DNA from: Selaginella moellendorffii
Taxonomy: Eukaryota; Plantae; Lycopodiophyta
DNA: 64,000 nucleotides
Direction: 5' to 3'
Assembly (NCBI RefSeq): GCF_000143415.4
Contig: NW_003314262.1
Span: 1,415,960 to 1,479,959 of the forward strand
Shown here in pieces: positions 13,427 to 27,179 of the stretch. The stretch's first letter is position 1. Each line of letters opens with the position of its first letter. The notes beneath the pieces were generated by a model. It saw only the letters and a list, made by a program, of their open reading frames with translations. It had not been told where the DNA came from and searched no databases. The position numbers and the translations under genes were made by a program.

Positions 13427-15042
13427 TGTAAACTCATGAATTTAAACTTTTTAGAAGGTTACCCAACTCGATACTATTCAAACCCAATGATGTTTAACCC
13501 CAAATATCCTAAGACTCATAACCGATTAGCAAAAAAGGTGCACTTTTGTTTATAACCCCTTTCCCTTCATATTTGAACCCCATAGTTTGTTTCTCAAATC
13601 ATTCTCTTTGATTACTTATAATTTACCATACCTCTTTGCAAGTTCACACCCTTGTGAATTGTAGCGCATGTGGTTTTCACCCTTTATCTTATAATGATTT
13701 AGCATAGGATAACCACAAAGTAGAACTTAAACCCTTCATGTGCCACATGTCATATGCCATGTGTCAAAGGACAGTGGTGTGAAACCTAAGTTTTAAGGCC
13801 TTGAGCCACTGAATGAAAGAATAGAGCCAAACTCCTAAGCACAGAGCCAAGGAGTGATGGAACTGGAGCACAGAGCAATTTTCGAGCATATAGCCCAAGG
13901 AGCAAAAGGACAGGAGCACGGAGTGACTTAGAACAATCCTAGAACATCTAACATCCCAATGCTAAAATCAACACGCAAAACAAAGCTAAACAGAGTTTGG
14001 TGCTATTTCAACATACATATGGCTTAACATGATGTTATGGATACTCCACCAACTAACACACTATGGAACTTAGATGCAAAACAAAGATAGGCATGCAAGT
14101 GGGAGCTAAACTATGCATCAAGTTGGAACCCCCTATATCCCTCACCTCGTGAGGAACACACACTTTGGGATTTCACCCCAAGCTTCCCTTAGTTCTAGGA
14201 GTTAGTCTCTAGGACAAGCTTGAAACTTACTAAATATGGAATGTCCCTAGATTGTGAATTTAAACATGGGATGAACACCATTGTGTTTAGAATAATCTCT
14301 TCATTCCGTAGACATGCCAAATGAGCAAATCTGGACACTTTCCATAGTTAACATTTGGGACCATAATGAGACTAACACAAAGGGCATAATAATGAAAGTG
14401 TTTGGCAGACATGGTAAGTTATCATCCAGTGATATTGAGGGACTAATTTTAATACACAAGGGTTTTTGTCAAACCAATGCAAGACAAAGTAAAAGAGAAC
14501 TAACAAGCCAAGCCGAGTATACTCAGCTAAATAGACATTTAGGAATTCCTTCTTTATGCTTATCTGGCCAAGTATAAATGCTAAGCCCAATTTACTAACA
14601 CTTGAACAAAAGGGACTAATAAAGGGTCCAACAATACTAACCTCTTGCTATCGTGATAGTAAGGAAAGAATATATAAAAAGGCTAGTCAACAGGTAATTT
14701 TCGATATCCACAATCACATTTGCAACATGAATAAAAGCTAAGAGCTATAACTCTCCTGAGAGTCTATTCTTTTGACACCATACCCCTCAGGTTGAGCCCA
14801 ACTAAAGGCAAACTAGACCTACCAGATGTCAATCTCAACATGTGGTTTGATTCTCTTAGCCATTTAACAGAGTTGGACTTGAGACCCCTCTTTGATACCA
14901 AATGTAAGCTCTTGAATTTAAACTTGCCAAATGTCAATCTCAATATATGGTTTGATTCCCCTAGCCAACTAACAAAGTCACATTTGAGACCCCCTTTGAT
15001 ACCAAATGTACACTCATGAATTTAGACTTATTGGGAGGTCAC
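13427..15042 (-). mobile_element. Degenerate Cassandra TRIM (partly tandem) with a nested solo LTR
   Basis: LTR similar to 27720-27914. PBS remnants (TTTGATACCA) near 14890 and 14995. Internal domain is split by 13660-14727. Confidence 0.7.
13660..14727. mobile_element. Solo LTR, ~1-kb family
   Basis: TGTAGCGC...GCAACA with 5-bp TSD TGAAT at 13655-13659 and 14728-14732. Homologous to 29703-30820 (inverted), 49384-49907 and 51753-52675. Confidence 0.85.
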
Positions 15043-15072
15043 GATATCTTACCTTGTCCGCTAAGACACCTT

Positions 15073-15738
15073 TGCTATCATGTCCCATATGTTGATTCCA
15101 TGTGGTCTTATTAACTATTTATGGAAAGTGTTTAGATTTATTAATGAGGCATATTTATGGAATGTAGAAATTGTCATAAACATAATAGTGTTATTCCTGT
15201 ATCCAAATCCAATCTAATGTCATTCCATATTTAGTAAGTTTTTGTGATTATCCCATAGTGAGTAGGTTGGGTATAACTAAGGTATATTTTAACTTTCTGC
15301 TTGAGTGATTGTCTTTATTCTGCATTTGGTTTAGGTTTAAGCCTAAGTTCCATACTATATTAGCTAGTGGAGTACCCATATCCTTATATTAGGCCATTGG
15401 TGTGTTAAAATAGTACTAAACTCTATTTGGCTCTATTTTGAGTGTTGGTTTTAATATTGAGATGCTATATGCTTTAAGACTATTCTTATATTGCTTTATG
15501 CTTATATCCCTTTACTTCTTGGGCTTATGCTTGAGAATTATTTTGTGCTCTGTTTTCTTTGCTCCTTAGCTCTGTGCTTAGAAGTTTAGCTTTGTCCCTT
15601 CATTTAGTGGTTTAAGGCTCTGAAATTTAAGTTTTGGTATATGGCATGTGAAGGGTTTAGGTTCCACTTCATGGTTATTCTATAAAACACCATAGAATAA
15701 AGGGTGAAAACTACCTATGCTACATTTGGTATCAGAGG
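15073..15738 (+). mobile_element. Partial ~1-kb-family LTR followed by a tRNA-iMet PBS
   Basis: Ends ...TATGCTACA then TTTGGTATCAGAG; inverted homology to 13660-14400. Confidence 0.6.
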
Positions 15739-17866
15739 ATGAATCTCAACAAGTACTATCTAATGAAATTGGGCAATTAATTTTATTGTATACGTAGAGA
15801 TAAAAATGATGATTTGAGTGGGTATAGGTTTGGGTGCTATAACTTCACATTCATTCATTAAGATGGATTAAAAACATATCATTTGTATAAGTTTGTGCTT
15901 GGGCTCGTGAATGAAACATATTAGCAACTTATAGTTACACTTTGAGTTGGTAGGATTAATGTTAGTCTATTGATGGTTATTACGAGTGTTCCAAGTTACT
16001 ATGGGTAAAAACAAACCTTCCTTAGGTTTGCAAAGAGTGGTGAATAGGCTGATCTATAGCTATTTAGCATGGCACTAATGGATCCTTCTTAAGTATGATT
16101 ATACGTGGATCAATCAAGATTACAAAGATTAGTTTATTGATTTAAGTAATCGTTGCTATATTCTCTCATAAAATTTTTTTAGATTGGATTGAAAACAATG
16201 CAAACACAATCTTGAAGTTTAGTCAAGTTAAATCTAAATAAAAAGTCATCAAGGACGAAAGATCAAACATGTAAATCATTTTTTTCTTCTTGGAAAGATG
16301 ATTTGCAATGAGGTGTGAATTCATTACTTGTGTTCACGTTATACAATCAAAAGTCCTTACCTTGATGCATATTGTTTATGATAGTTTTACAAGTAGTAAA
16401 TCGTGGGATGGATAATGGTGGAGTGTTAAACCATTTTATATAGACTTGCTATTGAAGACTTGGGTTATAATGTTTAATTCTTTTCCAAAGAATTTTGCTA
16501 TTGCTCCTTGAGTAGCTTGGTGTTGAATTAATTTTGAAATTGGTTGAAAATAAAATCACCTTTAGACTGGTAGGAATTTAACTAGGGTAGTACATACATT
16601 GAAATTTGGGGCTTAAAAACTACATTTGTGCTCTATCTCTGTTCAACAGGTTGAGATGTTCACATGATGATGATCAAGTGCATGGATTTTAGTCCAGCCT
16701 GCATTAGGATTTTAACCACCAAATGAAAATTGCATATGTCATCAGGTTTTGCTTCTAAGTGTCTCTTTTTTATTGGCTGCAATGATATATATTGAGCTTT
16801 CACTTAGTATGGCGACCAAACACTAGTACTACCATACTATACTCACAACAGAGGGAATTTCATGAGGGGGCAAGCTAGTTGGTCTGAGTTCACCCTGGAC
16901 AGCCTCACTTGCCCCTTTGAAATTTTCCATGCCATGTGTCAACCGAGTCAGAGTCCATGCTCTACCCAATGCCCAAGTCCAAGCTCAAGTCTGACCTGCA
17001 GTCCAAGATCACTAAAACCGAGCCCGAGGACATGGAGACAGTAAACTTGGAGTCTGAGTCTTATCTCATGTCTGAGACTAAGCCCAAGCCAAAGCACAAG
17101 TCTAAGTTCCAATCCCAGCACTTTTTGAGACAACTTTCACCCACGACCTTGCTGGAGTCAGAGCCCTATGCCTGGAGGTAGTCATATCTTTTGCTTGCAA
17201 AGATTTTTTATTTCTACTTCTGTGTAGAAAAAAACCGAAGTGGAGCAGCCTGAGTCGGAGTTGTAAGTCCAAGACTACAAATGTGAGCACATTCAGGTTG
17301 ACCCTTTAGGAAATGGACATTGTACCTTGACAAACTTGTTCACGTTACTTCACTTTTGGACCATCTCGGAAACTGAATTCTTTGTCAAGACTCGCAGACA
17401 AGAAGCATGGGAAATCCCTCAGCATGTCGCGTCCAAGCATTTGGTGGTACTCAAGACTGAGCAGGAGAGCAATGGCTCGCATGGTGTGTGGTTGTTCAGT
17501 GACCGTTTGTGGGCTGCTTATTTGGACCTTGTTGATTTGCTGATCTGTTGTCATTGGGTTCATTTAGTATACAACGTTGTTGTCACTCTAAAGAAACACA
17601 CTAAACAGATATCCCGCTGGATTAAGTCAAATCCCACTGCAATACTCACTGAATTACTAGCTTAGGGAATCACTCTCTTCTACTCGGCTGTACACACATT
17701 TCAATCGAATTGATGATAGCAAGCCATATGTACCTGCAAGCCTCTCACTCGAGGTATTGCACACTACATGTACGCGTAATTTTATTTATACTGTGATGAT
17801 TAATTCCATTTATTTATGAATCCATGGGCTGCAGAAAACCTCGTCCATGATTCAAGAGCAAGCATT

Positions 17867-18310
17867 TTACTTCTGCTGGTGGAGGAACTTGATAAGTGAA
17901 TCGCTGGTATTGGTGTGCCAGACAGGAACATCCTTGCTTGAGTAGAGCACCATGTCGCCATCATTCTCAACCACCAGCTTGTAGATGTCCTCTGGAAAAT
18001 GCCCAGGGCTGGTGTACACAGCTTCCCCAAACTTGCTGCGAACAACCAACTGGCCATTTGGGGTCACAAGGCAGTCGAAGCCCTTGTGCCAAGACCCCGA
18101 AGCCCAGAGGCAGTGAGCAGAATCAGGCTTAGCCGATGGATACAAACACATATTGCCATCTCCTTGCATACAAACAAAACAGGCACCATTGTTGGAAGTG
18201 AGGCTCTTGTCTGTGCCAAGCACCTAGTTTGACAAAGAATGAATCAGTATGTTTCTTGGAGAAGGAAATTTACGAACCTGGCCGCAGTAGAGAGTGTTCG
18301 TGTTTGCCAT
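17867..18310 (-). CDS. Bulb-type (GNA-related) mannose-binding lectin, ~129 aa, 2 exons (18310-18278, 18223-17867)
   Basis: Splicing a 54-bp GT-AG intron (18277-18224) gives MANTNTLYCGQVLGTDKSLTSNNG..MQGDGNMCLY..LWAS..LVVENDGDMVLY..PVWHTNT, with QxDxNxxxY-type motifs. No signal peptide evident. Confidence 0.85.
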
Positions 18311-19767
18311 CTTCCTCAATTCAGAATGCAGGTGTTAAACTTGTGTATATGAGAAGACGATGTGTATATCACCATATGCAGTTCTTTTTATAGGAGTGAG
18401 AACACAAAATCCACCTTCTCTTGGCTTTGAGATATACACGTTTTTCTTGGGAGTCTGACTTCTTCAGTTCCTTGAACTGGCTTGTGAATTCGTGGAAGAG
18501 GCGAACTGTAGCAATTGCGTCTGAAATAAATAGTTGGCAGAATCCAGAACTAGCTGCCACAAACTTCGTCTACAAATCCTTTTCATATTTTCACCTTTAG
18601 ACTGGCAGGAATTTACATGCTGTGAACAAGTTCATGTGGACGTGAAGCAACATCGAAATTTAGTTAGGGTGGGGCTTAAAAACTGTTCTTTTTCTCTGTC
18701 TCAGGTTGAGATGTTCACATGATGATGATCAGGTGCAAGGATCTTAATCCAGCCTGCATTAGGATTTGATTGAAGCTCCACCACTAACAGAAAATAGCAT
18801 ATGTCATCTCTAAGAGTCGCTTTTTTTGGCTGCAATGATATATATATTGAGCTTTCACTTAGTATGGAAACCAAACACTAATACCACCATGGTATACTCA
18901 CGACAGGGAATTTCATGAGGGGGCAAGCTAGTCGGTCTGAGTTCACCCTGGACAGCCTGGCTTTGCCCAATTTTCCATGCCACGTGTCAACTGAGTCAGA
19001 GTCCATAAGTCTGACCTAGAGTCCATAAGACTAAGTCTGGGGATGTGGAGACAGTAAAGTCGGCGTTTGAGTCTTATCTCATGTCTGAGACCAAGCCCAA
19101 GCCCAAGCCCAAGCTTGAGTCTGAGTTCCAATCTCAACACCCAAGGTTTACTATACTTCCAGCACTTTTTGAGACAACATCCTTGCTGGAGTCCGAGCCC
19201 TATGCCTGGAGCATCCCGAGTCTGAGTTGTAAGTTCAAGACTTAAAATGTGAGCACATTCAGGTAGCCCTTGAGGCAATGAAACATTGTACCTTGACAAA
19301 ACTTACTTCACTTTTGGACCATCTCGGAATCTGAATTCCAGGTCAAGACTCGCTGACAAAAAGCATGGGAAATCCCTCAGCATGTCGCGTCCAAGCATTT
19401 GGTGGTACTCAAGACTGGGCAGGAGAGCAATGGGCTCGCATGGTGTGTGGTTGTTCAGTGACCGTTTGTGCTTATTTAAACCTTGTTGATTTGCTGATCC
19501 GTTATCATTAGGTTGATTTGGATGTTAATGTTGTCTACAACGTTGCTGTCACTCTAAAGAAACACTCTGGATTAAGTCAAATCCCACACCCATTTCAATA
19601 GAATCAGTGATAGCAAGCCATATGTACCTGCAAGTCTCTCACTTGAAGTATTGCACACTACATGTATGTGTAATTTATTTATACTTTGATGATAAGCATC
19701 ACTAATTCCATTTATTTATGAATCGATGGGCCGCAGAAAACTTCGTCCATGATTCAAGAGCAAGCAT

Positions 19768-20212
19768 TTACTTCTGCTGGTGGAGGAACTTGATAAGTGA
19801 ATCGCTGGTATTGGTGTGCCAGACAGGAACATCCTTGCTTGAGTAGAGCACCATTGTCGCCATCATTCTCAACCACCAGCTTGTAGATGTCCTCTGGAAA
19901 ATGCCCAGGGCTGGTGTACACAGCTTCCCCAGACTTGCTGCGAACAACCAACTGGCCATTTGGGGTCACAAGGCAGTCGAAGCCCTTGTGCCAAGACCCC
20001 GAAGCCCAGAGGCAGTGAGCAGAATCAGCCTTAGCCGATGGATACAAACACATATTGCCATTTCCTTGCATACAAACAAAACAGGCACCATTGTTGGCAG
20101 TGAGGCTCTTGTCTGTGCCAAGCACCTAGTTTGACAAAGAATGAATCAGTATGTTTCTTGGAAAAGGAAATTTACGAACCTGGCCGTAGTAGAGAGTGTT
20201 CGTGTTTGCCAT
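19768..20212 (-). pseudogene. Second bulb-type lectin copy with a 1-bp frameshift
   Basis: Same exon structure. CACCATTGTCGCC (~19849-19861) versus CACCATGTCGCC in copy 1 shifts the frame before the last subdomain; could also be an assembly error. Confidence 0.75.
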
Positions 20213-20349
20213 CTTCCTCAATTCAGAATGCGGGTGTTAAACTTGTGTATATGATATGCAGTTCTTTTTATAGGAGTACGGATCTCCACTGTAGAATTAA
20301 GTTCTTACTTAGTATCGCCAGTACCACGATGCTATACTCACACAGGGGA

Positions 20350-20765
20350 AATTCCGGTTCTCTCACATTGACAACACTCTGGCTCTTGGATATCTGAGCA
20401 AGCCGCGTGAGACCTCTGGAAACCTCACCCATTGGGAGGATTTTATGCTGAAGAGATCGGTGATACTCATGTTCTTCTAGTGATCACCCAATCCCCTTAA
20501 AATACTCTCCAATGGCCCAAAGCCAATGCTAGGATCATTGCTCATCTGGGCTGGATTTATCTCAAGTCTTGCATACATGACCTCCAAGCTTTCGAGACAA
20601 GTTCTGGAGGGACTGGTGAGGCAGCCTTGAAAGATGGAGGTCACCATTCATCCCTATGGAGATGGAGGCAATCTCTTTCTACCTTGCAGCAGAGCTCTTC
20701 CTAGAAAACACCACCAAAGCAAGAAAGTAGACTGGAAATTGCCTTGCTCTAGCCAGAGACCATCG
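20350..20765 (-). pseudogene. Cytochrome P450 (CYP71-clan-like) 5' relic
   Basis: Minus-strand frames give a hydrophobic anchor, RLPPSP, GDLHLSRLPHQSLQNLSRKLG and SIGFGP..EYF..MSITDLFS, with stops and frameshifts. Confidence 0.6.
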
Positions 20766-20984
20766 CAATATAAAGAAAACGCTAAGCTCTCAAGTTTTTG
20801 TAAGTCACTGGCTGACAAAACTTATCACTCAAGGGATCAAAGCTCGAGAACCTTTCTCTGAGCTTTGCTTTCTCCTCCAAGACGTTCCCAAACACCGTGC
20901 CATCACTTCCCCACCTCAGCCTCAAGCCATCTTCGCAATTCCTACTTCTGGCAAGCCCCCAGCACGTCTTCCACGCCTGTCTCG

Positions 20985-22315
20985 ATGGCGCTCCAGTGGC
21001 ATCCAATTTGCGCTTGAATATACTGACGATTTTCCTGCCTGGTGGGAGAGAAACAAGCTCCAAACGTCGTTACGTATATATATTGACGATTTTCCTGCCT
21101 GGTGGGAGAGAAACAAGCTCCCAAACGTCGTTACGTATCAAAGAGTTGTACTCCTCCTGCATAGCGACCTTCCACAGTCCTGCTTCTGGCGATTGGAGAG
21201 CTGCACAAACTGTCTGTGGTTCAGGAGGAAGCTGCTCCATCGCCGACAGCAATCTGAGGCCGGAGTCTTGAGCATCGCGAGCTGCTTGTGCTAAATAGCT
21301 AACTCTCCCATTGCATGTCACAGTCCGATAAGGTTTGCCGGGAATAATTAACTTGCTAAGATCTTGCAGCCACAGGAGTACTAGGCTCTACTTGCGGCTG
21401 CCCTGGAGACTCCTCCTCTGGTTCATCAAACAAACTTGGAAAAATGAAGCCATCATCAAATGGCGTAACTGCTTCATCTTCTTGCTCGGGCGTGACAGGA
21501 CTGGGCTCGAGTGGAGGCTGCGGCTCTGCTTCGACCTGCTGCTGAGGCTGAGGCTGCTGAACTCGTGGCTACTGCTGGCCGTGCACTTGCGGCTGCGGCC
21601 CAGATGCCCCAGAAACGTCCTCGGAGTCTCAGGATTTTTATAACAATGCTTGTAAAGAGAATTCTCATCAAACTTGACATCGCTGCTGATAAGAATTGAT
21701 CTGGTGGCTATGTTGTAAAGACGATAAGCTTTAGTCTCGAGACAATAGCCAACCATGATGCATGGAATGCTCTTCGGTTCCAATTTTCTGCGATGGCTGT
21801 TAGAAAATTTCGCATAAGCTATGCATCCAAAAACTTGTAGATGTCTCAAGCTGACTTGCTAAAATAAGGATTATCTGGAAGACACTTGATTGCGAATATA
21901 TGTGGCTGTATTAATTGCCTCGGCCCAGAACGATGCGTGAATAAGCATGCTGCGTGCACTCTCCATAAGAGTCCGGTTCATTCTTTCAGCAACTCCGTTT
22001 TGAGTAGGACTATGGAGCTGTAAACTGCTGCTGGATCCCACTCTCATTGCACAGCTTCATAAAATTTCGTGACTTGTACTTGCCCTGTCTGTCACTGTGT
22101 AAAGTCTTGAACTGCTTGCCAAGAAGATTTTCAGCAGAAGCCTTGTAAACTTTAAAGTGATCAAGAACTTCCGATTCTTGGCCAAAAGTCTCATGACTGT
22201 GTATCATCGATGAATGTCAAAAAATACCTCATTCCATGATGACTTTGGACATGGAGAGGCCCACACACATCTGTGTGAACGAGCTTAAGAGGTTGATTAC
22301 TCTTAGATTTTGAAT
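20985..22315 (-). mobile_element. Copia fragment (integrase to start of RT), same family as 6794-11201
   Basis: Near-identical to 8540-9870 in reverse; small deletions and a ~58-bp local duplication at 21021-21138. Confidence 0.85.
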
Positions 22316-23590
22316 GAAGAAAGTTAGTAGTGTTGAGTGTTATAAATTTTTATTAGTGGGGTGCGGCATTTATGTTGCATTTTGTTGAATTAAGTTGGAA
22401 TTTAATATTCACATAAACTTTTATAGTAGTGATATAGGCATTACTTGTGGTATTGCTTAATTGATAGTCAATTCATTGTGATTTTTATATCATATTCATG
22501 TGATCATGAGTAATGTGTTTATGAAGTTGTTTGATTAAACAATGATCAACTCCAAAATAGTTGATAGTGATGTTAATCTACTTGCATGTAATAGCATTGA
22601 AGTAACTTTGACTAAATTCTATATAGTAATCTATTTTATACTAAAGTTAAGTTAATAGTTTAGTTTCTTGAGAGTTTGCTCATTAGAATTATGGAAAAGT
22701 TGTAACATTCATTTACTATAATTTATTGGTGAATCTATTAGCACAAATTGTTAGATGGAGAAGTATGAAGTTAAGGCATTGATATTACTAACACTTGTGT
22801 TAGTGGAAGTAGCACTCTTGTTTCGAGTGATGAAAAATTTTATTTAGACCTTAAATTTTTATGTAATTTTTTAAATTAGTATTTTAGTTTCATATTAAAT
22901 CTTGAAGGTAATTGAAAAAGAGTGTTAATGCAATATAGATATCTAAAGATATAGTCTTCATGATCAATTCTTGGGTATTCATTTGCATTTGTGGATATTG
23001 ATATTGGATATAAAAAATATAGGATATTCAATGCTTAGGCCTATTATTGGGTTATGAGAATTTGTATTAATGTGAATATATATGATGTTGTAGGTAAGAG
23101 GAAGTTGGTTGAGTCATGAGAACTTGCATTCCAAAATCATTCTTTCTCTAGAATGAAAAATTTTCCATAAATTTTCTTAGACTTTTTAATGGTTAATTTA
23201 TTAATCATTTTGCTTCAAAGCCATTCTGTTTTCATGAACTATTGCAAGCTAGTGAAAGGGTTAGAGTTGACTTCAGTTGACTTATATTTTAATAGGTAAT
23301 TTGTATTATACAACTTGAAAAATATATTAACTTTTAAAGTTATGGCAATTGAGTTGGATAGAATCTGGAGTTAGTGTGTAAGCAACCAAAAGGAACGATT
23401 ATAAAAATTTATAAAGGTTTAAATATAAAGGGAAAAGGTTCATGAACAAGAGTGCACCCCTTTTTTAATCAGTTAAGGGTTTTGGGATATTTGAGGTTAA
23501 TTGTCCTTAGGTTTGAATTGTACTGAGTTGAGTGACATTCTGAAAAGTCCAAATTCATGAGTTTACATTTGATATTAGAAGGGCCTTGAG

Positions 23591-25401
23591 TGTAAACGAC
23601 TAAATTTTCCATTCTACTTTAGTCACTTAACCACACCTCTGACCACTTGGAGGAGTCTTATTCACAACCTCTATAAGTCCAATTCAGGACTTGGGACTTG
23701 CTAGCCCCAAGAATGGCATCCATGCCACTCAACACTTGCACCTAGTCCAAGTGCTCCATGTGTCCGGTCCCAAGACCGACACCCAAAGGTACCACTGACA
23801 TCTTGGCCCGTTACGCTAAGGCCATGCCCATTCACCCTTGCTACACTAGTGGTCCAATACCACTTGCATCACCATCCCGTCTCTCCAAGACTGGGCCATC
23901 TGTCCACGAGTGGTCATCTTAGATCCACTCCTTAGCATCCTTAGGATGCCCACAGACTTGGGGAATCGCCTTCCCCAAAGTCCCTTTTGTCAGTTCCTAC
24001 GAAGTCCCTTTCTGCCCCTGGCCGTGTTTGCCAACACTGCCACTGGATCGAGGCCCACAGGCTCGACCACTAAGTCCCATGGTCCTCTGGGACTTCCTCA
24101 CCACACGACTGTGTCCTTGGTCACTACCCCAGAGGATTGCTCCTCTTCCTTTCCACAGTCTAGGCCTTTGGGACAACATTTCGGAACACCGTGGCCTTAC
24201 GCGAGCCACCTGAGTACTCTCCCCGCCTTTCGCCTTTAGGTGCTCTAGCCATGGGCTTAGAGCGAAGTTCCGTTGAGCCACGCCTGGTATCCAAGTAGGT
24301 AGTGCCACCCACACTTGGACTGGGAGCATCGGCCAGTCGATCTCCCGGGGGAACTAGAGCCGGCTCTTGAACACTTCACCAAGCTACCCCGCTTGTCGGT
24401 CCATATTCACTCTAGTCTTGGACTTCCCAGTGGTCAGTTCATCACCCAACACTGGGTCTAGCCTTCCTGGGCCAAACTGGCCTTTCCTGGCCAAACTGGC
24501 TCCATTGCAGTCCTCCCCCTTACTATACTTTTGGAGCTCACCAAACCCCCCAGGGTCTGGGAGACGAACGCTTTGGGCTTTCACCCTCTCAGACTCGAAC
24601 TCGGACTCGGACTCGGACTCGGACTCGGACTCAGACTCGGGCTCGGGCTCGGTCTCAGCCTTGGCCTCGGTCTCGGTCTCGGTCCTGGTCCCGGTCTCGG
24701 TCTCGGTCTCGGTCCCGGTCTCGGTCTCGGTCTCGGTCCCGGTCTCGGTCTCGACCTCGGACTCCATCTCGAGTCCTTTTCGGACTCCATCTCGGACTCC
24801 ATCTCGGACTCCGTCTCGGTCCATCTCGGACTCCATCTCGGACTCTGTCTCGGTCCATCTCGGACTCCATCTCGGGTCCATCTCGGACTCCGTCTCGGTC
24901 CACCTCGGACTCCATCTCGGACTCCATCTCGGACTCCATCTCGGGTCCATCTCGGACTCCATCTCGGACTCTATCTCGGGTCCATCTCAGACTCCGTCTC
25001 GGTCCACCTCGGACTCCATTTCGGGTCCATCTCGGACTCCATATCGGACTCCATCTTGGACTCCACTTCGGGTCCATCTCGGACTCCATATCGGACTCCA
25101 TCTCGGACTCCACTTCGGACTCCATATCGGACTCCAACTAGGGTCTGCCTCGGACTCCATCTCGAACACTTCCACGTGTCATGTGTTGGTCCTTTTTGGG
25201 TCCCTTTTTGGAGCCTTGCTTATTGCTCGCTTCGTGCTTGCTCCTTGAGCACTTTGTTGGGAGTTCCACTCCCGCTCTCGACCTTCCAAGTCAGAGTTTT
25301 TAGTCCAAACGTGTTACACTCGTTTGGGCTTTCGCTTCGGCCACTACCACGGGGCACCCTTTCCGGCTCCACTTTGGGGCCTAGGGATTTTGTGTCTCAC
25401 A
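23591..25401. mobile_element. Solo LTR (1811 bp), least decayed copy of the satellite-bearing LTR family
   Basis: TGTAAACG...TCTCACA with TSD TTGAG at 23586-23590 and 25402-25406. Confidence 0.9.
24592..25165. repeat. Compound satellite: (GACTCG)n, (GGTCTC)n, then the 12-mer CTCGGACTCCAT
   Basis: Directly visible. Decayed versions at 2530-2950, 32095-32520 and 62783-62990. Confidence 0.95.
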
Positions 25402-27179
25402 TTGAGTTTGACTTTGTTAGTTGGATAAAAGAATCACATCATATGTTGATTAACATTTGGCAAGTCTAGTGTGCTCTGGTTGGGCTTGACACCTTACTTC
25501 TCAGGTCAAGTTGAGATGTAAGGTGTCAAGAGAGCGGGGCTCTCAGGAGATTTGTGACTCTTAGCTTTTATTTACAAGGGAAGTATGGTGAATTATAAGC
25601 AACCAAAAGGAAGAACTTGAAAAACAATCTATAAAGGTTCAAATATAGACAAAAAAGGCCCATAAACACCTTATTTTCTTATGGTTCTTGAGATATTTGG
25701 GGTTAAGTGTAAACTTGTAGGGAAGTATGGTGAATTATAAACAACTAAAGGGAAAGACTTGAGAAACAATTTATAAAGGTTCAAATATAAATGAAAAGGG
25801 TCCATAAACACTCTCTTTTCTAATCTGTTAAGGATCTTGGGATATTTGGGGTTAAATGCTTTTGGGTTTAAATAATACTGAGCTGAGTGACTTTTTGGGA
25901 AGTCCAAATTTAAGAGCTTACATAGTGTAGAAAAGTGGTTGTTGCACTTTTTTAGGAAAGTGACCCTTGTACTTTTCTTTTATAGCGATATATTTGATGG
26001 CAGATTACATCTTATATTTTGTTAAACTTTATAAGAGTAGTGAGCTGTCACTGATCTTGACTTGGTCTTAGTAATCTTGTGCCTTGGTTGAAGATGGTGA
26101 TGTTCAACTTAATTATTGAAGTTGAGGTGTTAATACCTATATTAGAGCTTTATCTATTAAGAGGTTATGTACTATACACTTTAATTTCAGCTAAGTGTTG
26201 ATTATGAAAAACTAGATTCTTTAGACATACCTAAAATTGTTGATGTGGTATGAGCTTATTATTGTATAATTTGATTTAAGTGGTCATTTTATCCATACTT
26301 GTCTATATTTTTATATCTTGTATCTTGGGTGTTACCTTGATATTGAATAAGTATATGACTAGATGACATAAGTTTAGTGTTAGGGTCTTGTGAAGGAAAG
26401 TTAAAGAGTAATTGTTAGTTGTTTTGTGACTAGTGATTATTTGTAAACTCGTTGAGGACTTTTGACATTTACTTCACTTGATGATGATTTAGCAATGATG
26501 GGCTTACTTTACTAGATTGAGGATCATGTCCTTAACTTATATATTTTTCCATGTTAGCATGTCAATTTTACCTCTGTCAATATTATTTGGTTGTGTTTAG
26601 TTTATAGTGTTGAATTTCATTGAGTCTTAGGTATGGTGAATCACTCCTTGATTATGTGTTATTTAAAGTTGAGTATTATTAAAGGTTTGGTCTTGAATAC
26701 TATCTTCAACTTTGGTTAACTTGGTTGTTAAAGAGTTTTGAGTGGTGATTTGTTTTTACTTTTTTTTAGTTTTGTTTTGGTGTTGATGGCATTGAAGTGA
26801 TGCCCTATTATTAATATTATTAACATTGTGATTAGAGTGAGATAAAATATCTTTTAATAGGATTGATATTGAGTTTCATTAGTCTTGACGTAAATAGTGT
26901 TGATGATTTGGTTGTTGTTTATGTTATTGGTATTTATGCATTTTCTAGTTAATAACTATATTGGCATTCAAACAAGTTGAATGACAAGTTGAGTTAGTTG
27001 TATTCTATACGAAATTGTTTAGTAGGGGGAGTTTTAGCTTTTCCTTGAAAAATGATCTAATCATGGCTTATACTAGCCTTGGAAAGAAGAAGAGTTAGTG
27101 ATCGATATTGAAATGATTGAATCCATTAAATTTGAGTTGGGATTGATCATTAATGATTCTTCATATGTTTGTTATAAAG

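Larger units (their letters stand above)
16610..20277. repeat. ~2-kb tandem segmental duplication carrying the lectin gene
   Basis: ~16610-18397 and ~18670-20277 are colinear and nearly identical around the lectin exons. Confidence 0.85.
23377..25922 (+). mobile_element. Cassandra TRIM with nested 1.8-kb solo LTR
   Basis: TGTAAGC...GCTTACA with TSD TAGTG at 23372-23376 and 25923-25927. Degenerate 5S-like segments near 23495-23550 and 25850-25905. Confidence 0.8.

Noticed and set aside
24367-25469. Long overlapping ORFs (SDSDS, LGLGL, RPRPR) on both strands, also at 2295-3056, 31998-32619 and 62672-63055
   Set aside because: Artefacts of stop-free hexamer/12-mer satellites inside LTRs.
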